20,000 bases of DNA from Neolecta irregularis DAH-3 (GCA_001929475.1 LXFE01000211.1:52561-72560); one strand, 5' to 3'; shown: positions 1-12,272, numbered from the stretch's first letter. The notes: generated by a model from the letters alone, not told the origin. Numbers and translations are program-made.

Positions 1-748
<748 letters not shown>

Positions 749-1024
749 AGCTGCAAATACAGACGGAAATAGCACAAGAGAGAAACTGCTTGGCGGTTAG
801 AATAGAGTATATGTGTACAGTATACATTTGCGACAAGGGCAGTCATATAACTTGGGAGGCGGAGCCAAAGAACAAGCTTTAGAAGGAGGTGGACCGTGCT
901 TAGGAAAATCCCGGAACGTACTTCCGAGGCATCCCGTAAGACTGCCGACCCCTGACCTCACCACCATTCCGTTTGTCATTGGCCGCACGTCACATAGCAT
1001 ACATCCCATTAAGCCCCTTCAAAG

Positions 1025-1669
1025 ATGCTCGGTTCTCCTCTTGCTGCACCGCAGCCACGCAGACCTCGTCGAAGACGTGCAAGTAGCGTTGTCCCAACCC
1101 GCAAGACTCCTGCAGTAGACACGTATCCATCTAAAGCTCTCGTCTTTTCCTCCGCATATACCCAGCAAGACGATGCCCAGATCCCAAAAAGCCCGTCTCC
1201 AAAGGACCCTGAGCTCAGAATGATAGAGTTGTACAGTCCATCAAAAAGCTGGCCTTCCCAGGATGTCCTTGAAGAACTCTGTAGAATCACTCGACCTCCG
1301 GCTTATTCAAACCGGCCGCGTCAGCGACAGTCATTTTTGAAGAGTCCTTGTCAATCAAGCCCATCTAGAAAAACCTCAGCAGTAGACCTGGCGGATCTGG
1401 TCAGTGCTGCTCACCTCGATCGCTGCCCAAATAGTCCTCAACAGCAAGGATGGAGCATAACATTACGTAACATTTAGTTCTGGTCTAGCAGCTGATATGT
1501 AGCATCCCCCATATCTCGAAATCAAACCAAGAATCCATTCGGACGCGAGTGGCTCGAAACACCGGGGTTCTGCCAGGTCTCGGAAACAAGCGATGAAAAC
1601 CGATGTTCTACGCCCACGGCATTTAAGAGATCTCAAAACACAGGGATTTCTCTCCTTGGCGATGACTAA
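1025..1669 (+). CDS. Hypothetical Ser/Pro/Arg-rich, probably disordered protein (2 exons: 1025..1466, 1503..1669)
   Basis: A 150-codon ORF is extended by a 36-nt intron 1467..1502 (GTAACA..GCTGAT..TAG) into PSPISRNQTKNPFGREWLE...GDD*. It is divergent from the kinase. No domain recognised. Confidence 0.65.
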
Positions 1670-2039
1670 ACATACACGTGAACTCGCAGATACGTGTTTC
1701 CCTCAGCTATCATAGTGTTGATTTTCATTCTCAACTTCGTTAATTCTTTTTGGTTCACTCTTCTTTGGACAGTGGGATTTTTCAGGTGGGTTGTGGTAAT
1801 TCTGGATATGCTGTCAGGATGATACTTTTATTTTATTTTTCTATTTATTTTGGAAGGAAACCTATATAGTGAGTGGGAAGTGTTTATACATTGGAAAATT
1901 CGAGTATCTTCCATATAGAAACATTTTCAAGGATTACAACAAAACTATAGCATCTGAAGTACAAAAAACTGGATCATCAAGAATAGTATACCACATCATC
2001 AGAAGCTCCAAAACACAAACTCATCAACTTCCACCCACT

Positions 2040-3889
2040 TTAGCCCTGCACTTGCATCGCGATATCATCACCGTTGTTTCGCCCGTCTTCCTGAGAAACC
2101 GCATGCGTAAAAGCAGCGTCATCTTCATCAATCATCATATCAAAAATTCCAGAATCATCAGAATCCAATTGGGTTCCTCTACCTGGAAGAGGGACATATT
2201 CCTTAAGATCAGTTACAGAACTAGAATAACAGCATACATCCTCTGTGGCACGAGAATATATCTCACCAGAAAGATTACTAGGTCGATAAGCCTTGACTCG
2301 TCTTTGAGTTTTGAGATCCTTCCGGTTAGCTTAGACCCAAGCCCTTGGGATTAGTGAGAATATACCAAGGGATTTTCCACATATTCAGGATTCACCCTAT
2401 AGAGACTATCATTCTTCTCTACTCGTCCAGCTCGAAAGTTTCTCTGTAATCCCTGATTCGCACTAGCCCTGAATTTTGGTTGTAGAGGATATCGCTTTGC
2501 CATCCAATCGAAGATTTCTTTCGGTAACATTCCCAAGGGTCGCTCCTGAACATTTTCACGAAGTGAAACCATCACCATTTCATCGTAACTGGGGAGCTCG
2601 TCAGCCCCTGATGTACTTCCATCTTCTGCAACTGCAGCAGGGGCAGGGACTGGAGTTCCGGGCATTGGTAGCTCAGCCATGATTCGCGCTCGAGCTGCTT
2701 CCTCTTCATCTTGTCGAGCCTGGGCTTCTGCTTTTTGGCGGTGCATGTCGTCGAGAATCTCAACGACATTTGGGGCGTAAAATTTCAGATCCGGGTACTG
2801 TCTTTCACAGAATAAGAGCAGCTCGACGAGATGGGACGAAGGAAGACAGGCTAGATAAGTTTTTTTCTAAATTCAACTGATTATCCTGTGAGGGTCGCAT
2901 ACCTGTTCTTCAGTGAGATCCTTTCCATTTGCTCCAGTGACCAAAGGTTGTTGAGCCCGTTTACTCTCGCAAGTTGAGCAGAACCATTCTGTATCTTCTA
3001 AATCGATGATCATCTCGGGAATCGGTGGATCATGACAAAGTTGGTGGTAAGGCGAATCACAACCATCACAAAAGACGATTCTGTTCGATTTGGGAGAGTG
3101 CTCTCGTTGACAGACAATACATATATGAACGTTTCGTTGTAATTTCGTCCATTGATTGCCGCTTTTTCGACGAGCCGCTGCAAGATTAAATAAACAAAAT
3201 GCGGAGCAAAGTTACTTCGTTCTTTAGCAGTGGGGTTGAACTGGTTTGGTCTATGAATCTCTCGGCCCGATTTCGTTCGAGTTCCATCGATCGCAAGGTA
3301 GTCGAGTTCATCGTCGCTGTACTCCTATGCATTAGCGCGATGTCTGTTTAAATTACGTACTTCTTCCTTTTTTTGTTTCTTCTTAGACGGTTGTTTGCTT
3401 CGACCTGTATTATTAGATTAATCTAAAAAGCGAAACCAACGCTTTGAAATTCCTATAATTTGCAAGGTGGCACCTGTTGGTGAAGCTGAATTTTGAGGTG
3501 GCGGCATCATCGGAAGACCAGGATCCGTAGCGGGTATGACCATATGATTCCCCATATGAACGTTTTGTAAATCTTGGATCGCATTCTGTGCAAAGCTTCG
3601 GACCGCAGCATCGATGTGCTGACCGGCCTTCCAAAGTCAGGTATAGGGACAACAAAATTCACATACCCAATGCCCATTCTAAAAGCAGTTAGAATATATG
3701 GAAATGCTAAAGAATACTCACTACTCCCTGTTCGCCTGGATGCCCTTGTTGCTGAAGTTGCTGTCCGGGTTGACTGGTAGAGGAGGAGTAGAATATGTTT
3801 TGGGGCTGTTGCTGCTGATATTGGTTTGGGAGTCCATTTTGTTGGAAATTATATCTAGAGCCTGTATGGTTGTAGAAAGGATTTGACAT
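2040..3889 (-). CDS. PHD-finger protein, Phf1/Phf2-like (Lsd1/SWM complex subunit family), with an H15-like domain; about 9 exons
   Basis: Spliced translation gives a Q/N-rich N-terminus, TRTKSGREIHRPNQFNP, a PHD (CIVCQREHSPKSNRIVFCDGCDSPYHQLCHDPPI...WFCSTC, 2969..3121), EQKKTYLACLPSSHLVELL, an H15-like segment (2387..2596) and an acidic tail IDEDDAAFTH. Eight GT-AG introns; 12-nt exon at 3667..3678. Confidence 0.8.
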
Positions 3890-4719
3890 GATGTTTGAGC
3901 TTCGGCGCGACTATGAGTCTGGCGTTTTGGCTGCGTACTGGCTTGGGAGGCAGATGGTGAGTTTGGTGGAGCTTTTGGTTGCCGAGGCTTGGCAATTCCG
4001 AAATTGTGACTTCATTTCATCTCATATCTTTCCGCCATGTTCATTTGAACTAATACGACTGGTTGTTCATTAAAAGAGAGGATTGGCCGTTAGAGCTTGG
4101 ACCAGGAGTTTAACGGGATTATGTCTCGAGTCGTAGAACAAAATTGCATGTTTGAGAGACATTGTCGCAATATTGTGCGTGAGTTTATTAGAAACCGATA
4201 GATTCGCGAGGAAAGTTAAATGTCAGTTCTTTGATTCTTGTCAATGAGCAAAGCTTTAGCCGTTTGCAGATGCTGTCTGCGGAAGATCATTGGACCACAA
4301 CTTGGATATTAGCCGTATTTCTTCGTCTCTAGATAACCCTTGCGCCCTAAGTACTTGCCCTTAACGTTCTTTTTCAGCAAGGTTAGCCTCAGGTTGCTAA
4401 TACTTATTCGGCAAATACATGTACCACGGCATGAGCAATGAACCAAGTCTGCATACCTTTCTAGGTTTGCAGGTCATCAAGTTTTATTTAAAGATACCAT
4501 ATTGCTTACTGAGTGATTATTATCGACAAAGACTAAATTCTCATCGCTTGTGACTTTTTGAAGCGCCTTATTATTCCCTGGTCATCTGTTTGGTCCTAGA
4601 CATACTGTCGCAGATTTTAGCCGCCACTGCCCGTCCAAGACCACACTTGGGATCTGCTATTAAAGTACCTCCTGCCCCATTTTTCCTCATCTTATCATCT
4701 CAGCAATCCTCTATTAGTC

Positions 4720-6438
4720 ATGTCCTCTTCAACTGAATTTGTCGGTGCGATCGACCAAGGAACCACTAGCACGCGATTCCTCATATTCGATAAAACAGGT
4801 GTACCCGTAGCTAGCCATCAAATCGAGTTTGACCAAATTTACCCCAAGCCAGGGTACATCTTTTTCATTCGCGCAACTTACATTTACAGATGGATGGAGC
4901 ACGACCCCGTCGAAATTCTCGATACTGTCAAGACGTGTATCTCGAAAGCTTGCGAGCAATTTATCAAAGCAGGTAAAAGGACACCTATTTAAGACAACAC
5001 TCTTATTCGAAAGGAAATGAAATCTCGTTTATCAAGGCAATCGGTATCACAAATCAACGAGAAACCACTGTTGTGTGGAATACAAAAACTGGAAAGCCAC
5101 TTCATAACGCGATCGTCTGGTCTGATGCACGAACAACCCATACAGTGGCCGTTCTCAAAGCCAAACCCGGTGCGGACCAAGTTCAAGAAAAGACCGGGTT
5201 ACCCATCAGTACTTATTTTGCCGGCGTGAAACTTCGATGGCTATTGGATAATGTGAAGGAAGTCCAAGCTGCCGCAGATGAAGGCATCCTTGCTTTCGGG
5301 ACAATCGATTCTTGGCTTCTCTATAACCTTACTGGTGGGCCCAACGGCGGTCTGCATATCACTGATTCGACGAATGGCAGTCGAACCATGTTTCTCAATA
5401 TTAGAACGCTCGAATATGATCAAAGTTTGATTAAATTCTTCGGTGTTGAGAAAGTCAAGCTTCCTACTGTCGTCTCAAGTAGCGAAGTTTATGGAAGGAT
5501 GCCAGATGGCGTTCTTAGAGGTGTTCCTATCGCTGGTTGTCTTGGCGATCAAAGTGCTGCACTGGTTGGACATTGTGCTTTCAAGCCGGGTGTTGCCAAG
5601 AACACATACGGTACTGGTTGTTTCTTACTGTAAGGATTTGATTTTGAAAACGTGGCTCAACGTTTAGCTACAATACTGGAGAACAGCCGGTGATCTCGAA
5701 GAATGGATTGCTCACCACCGTTGCATATAGGTTCAAAGGTCAGAAACCTGTATATGCACTTGAAGGTACCCTTAAACTAATGGTCTATCGGTTCACATCC
5801 AGGGTCGATCGCTGTCGCCGGAAGTGCAGTTAAATGGCTCCGAGATGGTCTTGGCTTGATCAAAGAAGCTGGAGAAACTGGCGAATTGGCGGCCAAAGTC
5901 GAAGACTCCGCTGGTGTGGTCTTTGTAACCGCATTTTCAGGTCTTTTTGCTCCCTACTGGAAAGATGATGCTCGAGGAACGATTGTTGGAATCACACAAT
6001 ATACCAAAAAAGAGCACATTGTCCGCGCAACCCTTGAAGCCACATGCTTTCAGACAAAAGCAATTCTGGATGCTATGAACAAAGACTCTGGAAACCCGCT
6101 TACTGAATTGAAAGTTGATGGCGGTATGACGGACAATGATGTGTGTATGCAGTTGCAGTCGGACATCTTGGGTATCGAGGTTGACCGACCGCAGATGAGA
6201 GAGGTCACTGCCCTGGGTATAGCGCACTAGGATACTATATGTTGATATGCTAGGTTCTGCTATTGCAGCTGGGTTGGCAGTGGGTGTCTGGAAGTCCTTC
6301 GACGAACTAAAGGTGATAAATACCCAAGGACGAACCCGGTTTAAACCAAGTATCACTGAGGAAGCCCGAGCTTCTAGATTCAAATTGTGGGAAAGGGCTG
6401 TGGAGCGTGCTGTAGGATGGCAAGTTCCTCAAGAGTAA
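4720..6438 (+). CDS. GUT1: Glycerol kinase (FGGY family), 6 exons
   Basis: Motifs [61 protein letters not shown]. Introns at 4854..4889, 4973..5013, 5630..5667, 5766..5802 and 6217..6253. Confidence 0.95.
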
Positions 6439-6517
6439 AGTTGAAACAAGACTATGCCATATACTGATGCGCTTGTAAGATACCTGATACATATACCAAT
6501 GAAAACCCTGTCTAAAT

Positions 6518-7386
6518 CTAAAAACAGAAATAACCAATCGCCCCAAGTAAAGACAACGCCATGCCAAACCACCACAATGTATCACGGTAGAAAACAGCAA
6601 CCCTTTGTATAGCATCGATCTCGTCAACAACAAGACGAGGTACATGAGATCGTTTTCGCTGGGGGGTACAACTTTCACTAAATGGAGTTGTAGGTAACAT
6701 CCTCGGCGGGCGATATGCTATGCAAATGTTTGCAAAAGAATACGAAATAAGGAATACCAAGGTACATAGGCGGTAGAACTGCTCCATCCCAGTGAGCCAA
6801 GCTTAGCTTATACTCTCCATGATAATTGTCAATTGATGTCGACCATCTCTATACCAAGTCAAAGAAAAGTCGACGGGCCAGCAGACCATACCTTGAAAGT
6901 TTGCGTGGAGTTATACCTGGTATACGAGCCTTTACTAGCTATGCATGGATCGGAGATAAGCTGTCTGCCATCGCATGGAAACGGTAAGAGTACTAACGAT
7001 CCGTTCATTTCAAATGTATAGGTTCCATGCTGCCATTGGATTATTCCCACTGGACAACTAGGCGTTGAACCTATTCAGTTTCAATACCCGGAGTGTTAAT
7101 CGGGACAAACCGTTTGTAGAAATCCTATAGAAAGCAGACTCGAAATAGCTGTCTTCTGTAAAACTGATACTATATCCCCGAAGTCTTGGTTCATAAAGTT
7201 TCTCTTCTGAGGGCGAGTAGAAGTCCTTTACATCAGTCTCTCGGGCGCGGGCGATAAGTCGCCTACAGGGCCTGTCATTACTGCACGACTTTTGGTTGTC
7301 CAAGTTCCTGTTATTGAAGTAATATTGTCTGCTCTAGACAGGATGGAAAGTATCGAGAACGCAAAGATCATGTTGCGTAAGAACAT
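6518..7386 (-). CDS. ROT1: ER membrane chaperone Rot1, 5 exons
   Basis: Signal peptide, then ITGTWTTKSRAVMTGP|DFYSP..YSISFTEDSYFE..CPVGIIQWQHGTY..DGRQLISDPC..YTRYN..PMYLAYRPPRMLPT and a C-terminal TM segment LWWFGMALSLLGAIGYFCF. Start is ATG 7386 (or 7371). Confidence 0.92.
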
Positions 7387-8783
7387 TGGACCAAGAGCTG
7401 GTGAGGATGTTAATAGGTTGAACAAGGATTCATGCAATAGAAACCGGAAATAACTGCAGAGTTCGAAACTGCAATAAGAATCAGACAGAATTAGGAAACA
7501 GGGGAAGTAGATCGTAATTGATGGAAATGAGCACGATTTGATGATACCAAACTCCATACCACGCGATTCCCGAGACGAGGTCAAGTTCAACGATGCAATT
7601 CGCTCGCCCCATTAGATAGAAGGAATAAGAAAATCGTGCTAGATAAGGCTAAACTTAAAGCTCACGAGGGATGTCCAGTGTGGCCACCCGCCTGCCCGTC
7701 GGCGACCTTCCGACCACACTGGGGATGTCTCACAAAGTCGTTATTGAAGGCCGAATCTAAAGTCTTAGAACGATTCTCAGATGTAGTCGTAATGCAGCAT
7801 CTTATGAAACAGCGACATTGTAGATATTAGTTATGATTTGCAGTCCATATCACTGTATGCAAGGTCATAGTCAACTTTTTCCTCGGAGTAATGAAATTAT
7901 GCAATCATAACAAGAGCAATTTCCTCAGTTCTCTCGTGTAACATTTCCTTTTGTGGAAAATTACGTAGGTGGATATTTGAGGCTATTTGTGCCCACAAGT
8001 TGTCTAATCCCATGACTATCTCGTCTATATAGCCCTCAAACTTAGATTGTCCCTCATTATTTTCCCTTTTGAACGGCTATGATTTACGGATCAGACAAGA
8101 GAATCCAGAAATCCTACTCATCGACGAAACAAACAAGACAAAAAACAAATCACAAGACCGATGAAATGTCTCATTGTAGCCCAATTATGCCAAACAGAAG
8201 ATTAATAGGGGGCAGGTTTTTGAGCAGAAACCTCAATCACTCAGTTTGTCAAAATGTCCTACAGGATATCTCGAATAAGATATAACGATCTGCTAGATGG
8301 GCCATATGGGTCATATGGATTGTTAGCGTATTGTAAAATCATGTTTGATTAGTGTCAAAAATCAGCCAATAGAAATTCCGACAATTATATGTTGCATTTG
8401 AAATTGTCTACTAAATATCCTACCTAATTGACGCACGAGGTGACAGAATGATTACAAATTTGCAAATATGTTTTTCTTACAATGGTTTTCCATACTATAT
8501 ATTCTACTTTGAACTGCCTATCCAATTTAGTGTGTTATAATAGCTCCCTTTACCAGCAGATAAGAGAATAGGGTGAGCGTGTTTTCAATGTGTAGGAAGA
8601 AATCTAATTAAATGATATCAGTCATTGATAAAACTATTGAATCCACATCATTCATTAAGAATACAATTAACCTCAGAATCGGCTTCGAGTCTACTTGTGT
8701 CATAATTTTCACTGAATCATGATAAATTGCGCTGATAATATTTCAGAGTGATCTATGAACCACCAATCATGTAGAAGGATCAA

Positions 8784-8969
8784 TGTTACAGAGGAGAGGT
8801 GACTATGTGGCAGTGAGTCGTCACTTACAAGATGACGGCCACCGTCCACATGATGCTAATTATATACAAGCGCCTAGTGCTTGGGCTATGCATCCCTCTT
8901 CCACCGGGATATGATTGTACCTCTCCTTCACACTATCCAGACCTGCTCCAGGAGGGAGTCTCCGTTACA
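8784..8969 (+). mobile_element. Solo LTR (186 bp) with perfect 5-bp TSD ATCAA; strand is relative to the second copy only
   Basis: Starts TGTTACA and ends GTTACA. ATCAA at 8779..8783 and 8970..8974. Internal TATATA. Aligns along its length with the reverse complement of 19220..19400. Confidence 0.88.
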
Positions 8970-9332
8970 ATCAATGCCTATAAATAAAAGTCAAATGAGA
9001 CTAGTAGAACGACAAAGATGTCAAATGTGGATGTGCGATCGGTACTATCCGGTTCTTGGAGTGATGATGTACAGGTTTTGTGTCCCTCCATCACCTGATG
9101 ACCATTGTACATATTAAGATTGAGAAAAGATATGAGGCACACTGGTGAGTGAATCGTCAGTTGTGTGGTGTTGGGAGGATTACGTGAAGCGAAAATGTGA
9201 ATGCAACTGTGATTAACGTCTTCTATACAAGCAGTATGGAATGAAAAAACGTACAATTGATGCCGAAAATGCTTGTCGTGCCACAATCAGTAGCAGCACA
9301 GAATATAGAAAGTCTGAATTATTGAGATATCA

Positions 9333-10691
9333 TTATTCCTTCAAATCAGCGTTCGCTAATGTCGTTCTTTTTGGTCCCATAGGAATTGCCTTGCGGATAT
9401 TTGATCGGAGATCCAGAGCAGCATTGGCATTCGAGACCTATAAATGATTAAACAAACGTCACAGAATGACAAGTCTTGCCTTGATTGCAAGATGGACCGG
9501 TTTACCCTCTTCAAGAACAACAAGACGAGTGAATTTATCCCCTAGGTCATTCGCACCAGAAAGTTTATTGTTATCATCAAGCGTCATACCCGCAAAGAGC
9601 GGTGTATTCAGAATGACACGAAAGACGGCATCTGTTCTCATTACTAATAGCGTTAGTCGCGCTATCAAGTCCGGGGGTATGCCTAGACGTGAAGAAATAA
9701 TCTCTTTTGTTTTAGGGTTTTCATGAATATTGATTTTGAGACTCCCTAAACCGCGTTCCTTCCAGTTTTTGGTGTCATCGAGAATAAATAACTTTGCACG
9801 AACGCTAAACAGCGTTGTTTCGTCTTCTTCACCTGTTCGAACTTGAAATTAGCCGGGACAGGTTTGTGAATGGATTACCTTTCTGTTCCTCGAGTGGCTT
9901 CGTTACCTGCATATATTGATCTGCGCTATTTGTCCGTGTATCGTTTTCATTCTTCTGTAGTAACATATCACCAAATTGATCTTTACGTTCTTCATTCCCC
10001 TCATCATCTTCGATAGATTGATCTTCGTTCTCGGCATCTTTGTCGTCGCAAGTTGGTGAAGTTTCCCCCTCCTTCCGTCTCTTTTTCTGCGGGGACTTGA
10101 ACTTGCGAAAGTTGGGCATATCTGTGCTTTTAAAGGCTCCAAACCCGCCAGAAGAGTTGGTGAAGGCATCTTTTTTCACTTCTTCATCCTTTTTTATGGC
10201 TGCAAAAGGGGAGGCTCCCATTGGTCTCGATACCGCACTGAAGGGTGAGACCCCCAATCCAGAGGTACGGAATGGCGAGGGACTTGATGTGACAGCAGGA
10301 ACCACAGTCTAAATCACCAGATCAGAGAACTCTGTATAGAAAAGACGCATACAGGCTTCATATGCTGTTCTGGTTCTGGGGTTTCTTCTTTGGTATCATT
10401 TTGATCATCGGCTTCGTGTGAATATTCATTGTCATTCTTCTCTGTTGACTCGTCTTCTTCGCGAGATCTTTTCGCGGGTATTTTGACTTCATCCAGGTCC
10501 TCTGGCTTCTGGCCGTCTAAATTTGTCTCTCTCAGCTTCTGCTGCATTTTTCTTTCTTCACAGTCGGCATCGGGTAGATCTGTTTCTGTCTTTGCTTTTT
10601 CGACGCCTATAGTTTTGGAGCTTGTCACTGCAGGTGCAGATTTCACAGTCCGTTCGAGCTGTGAGGACGGTTGTTCTGTATCTGAGGGCAT
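9333..10691 (-). CDS. Ran-binding-domain protein, Hba1/Yrb2 (RanBP3)-like, 5 exons
   Basis: Charged N-terminus with NLS-like KRSR and KKRRK, SPF/FG-like repeats, and a RanBD: VRTGEEDETTLFSVRAKLFIL..WKERGLGSLKIN..RLVMRTDAVFRVILNTP. Two introns probably GC-AG. Start codon tentative. Confidence 0.85.
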
Positions 10692-10883
10692 TGGAGATGG
10701 AGATCCTCTTTTGGGACAAGCGTGTAGTGTTTCGTGAATGGCGGACCTGGAACAGGCTCGACGCAATTACACAGCCCAACAAACAGGGCGGGTTGTCAAT
10801 TTCGGGAACCACTAAATGCATCCACCAATCTTGGGTTGTTGAATGGCACATACAACGCAAACCAGAAACATCAATGCTGTGTT

Positions 10884-12272
10884 TTATTTCAGAAGCCGCG
10901 TGTTGAGACTCTCTGCCAGTTCCGCCAACTGTAGTCCTTTTCCAATAAGAACAAGCTTTCCCTGTTCCCCCGGCAGACATTGTCCCGCGGATTGCATGTC
11001 ATACATGTCCCGTACGCCTTGAACAATCCATTGCTGGGCATCTTCAGCAGCTACAACTCGCCCTTTCAGCCGGTGCACTTGAGTGACAAAGGGCGTCCCG
11101 GGGATAATATTCTCCCACAGAAGAACCTGGATCCATTCCACAAGCTGCCTACGCCCTTGCAGTGATAGAGGCGGCAGCGGTAGCGCTACTGTGGATATTC
11201 TCTGCTCAGCGTTAACCCGCAATCCCTGAACTGGGGGATTCTCACGGCGTCAAGATGAGAAAACCCCCGGTCAACAAACGGCTCCATTGCGGTCTGCGAG
11301 TCGAAAGCATGCAGATTTAGTATAGATCTTAGATCGTCGATGTGGCCTCGTACTGTGGGTATTGTTCTAGAAACGCCGTTAACCGCACATACCCGAGCTT
11401 TGATCTGCGAGAGCTGTGTTTCAGAGACTAAATCGATCTTATTAAGCAGAATGACTTCAGCGTGAGAGATCTGCAAGTGAGCTGTTGTAGGTTCACTAGA
11501 TCCGGAGATCGTATCATCGAGGGTAGCAATGATGTTGACACAGTCCACTACAGTGATAATCCCATCAAGATATATTGTCGAGCATAGCGCATCATCCATC
11601 CAAAAGATATTTGCAATAGGACCTTGAAAGATAAAAATTATGAAAATCGACCCAGATATATACCTGGATCAGCCATGCCCGTTGTCTCCAAAAGTATATA
11701 ATCAAATTTGCCGCGTTTTGTCATAAGGTTCTCGATAGCAGCAACCCCGGTATCCCTGTGGCATGAAGCGTTGAATTACAGTGCAGCATCTTACTTGACC
11801 GAGCAACATAAACATCCATTACGCAATTCGAGCCATTCTTCGGTCAACTCGCCGTTTGATGAAACGGACAGGGTTTTTTCAATATCAACAGCTATCGAGA
11901 TAAGATATACAGGCTTGTGAAAAATCTCATACAATCGCCAAACTCTTTACTGGTCAAGAAAGAGACAATAAGAAATCTGGAGTACCGTTGAGTATCACAG
12001 CAATTTTGAGATCATGTTGTTCTGTCAGAATATAATTCAGAAAAGTCGTCTTTCCGCTACCCAGGTAACCTAAACGTGAGACGAAAGTTTCGGCACCATT
12101 TCATTTACCAGTAATAATTGTAATCGGTACTCTGTCCTTGGATGTACTTTCCTCTAGCCTAGTTCTTCAGTAAGCCTGAAGCTATAGCTTTACACGATTG
12201 GACTTGTTCCACCCGTTCAGGGCTAAATATCGGCACAAGCTCCGGTGCTTCCTCGGTTTCTGTATCACTCAT
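10884..12272 (-). CDS. ZNG1: COG0523/CobW-family zinc-chaperone GTPase (ZNG1 orthologue), about 8 exons
   Basis: N-terminal APELVPI, Walker [26 protein letters not shown] (CxCC) motif, [12 protein letters not shown] and CobW_C segment RLKG..VQGV. 12-nt exon at 11933..11944. Confidence 0.9.

Noticed and set aside
1869-2354. 161-aa plus-strand ORF
   Set aside because: Antisense shadow of the last exons of the PHD gene; non-ATG start; no domain.
4330-4370. Telomere-like TAACCCT/GCCCTAA words (telomerase RNA template or telobox)
   Set aside because: No 1.5-repeat template or tandem array; matches are too short.
4432-4604. Possible snoRNA-like stem-loop (TGAGCAAT..ATTGCTTA, inner CTGCA/TGCAG, CTGA) in the PHD/GUT1 intergenic region
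   Set aside because: No proper C box (RTGATGA) and no clear two-hairpin H/ACA layout; would need Infernal or small-RNA data.
5937-6678. Minus-strand ORFs of 148 and 123 aa
   Set aside because: Antisense to GUT1 or out of frame with ROT1; no independent support.
7830-8780. AT-rich intergenic stretch with a small tandem GGGYCATAT repeat near 8298..8315
   Set aside because: Only two units, with no TSD, TIR or recognisable ORF; no RIP call is possible without more copies.
8881-9286. ORFs 8881..9117 (+) and 8978..9286 (-)
   Set aside because: The first starts inside the solo LTR; neither has recognisable motifs or a convincing spliced structure.
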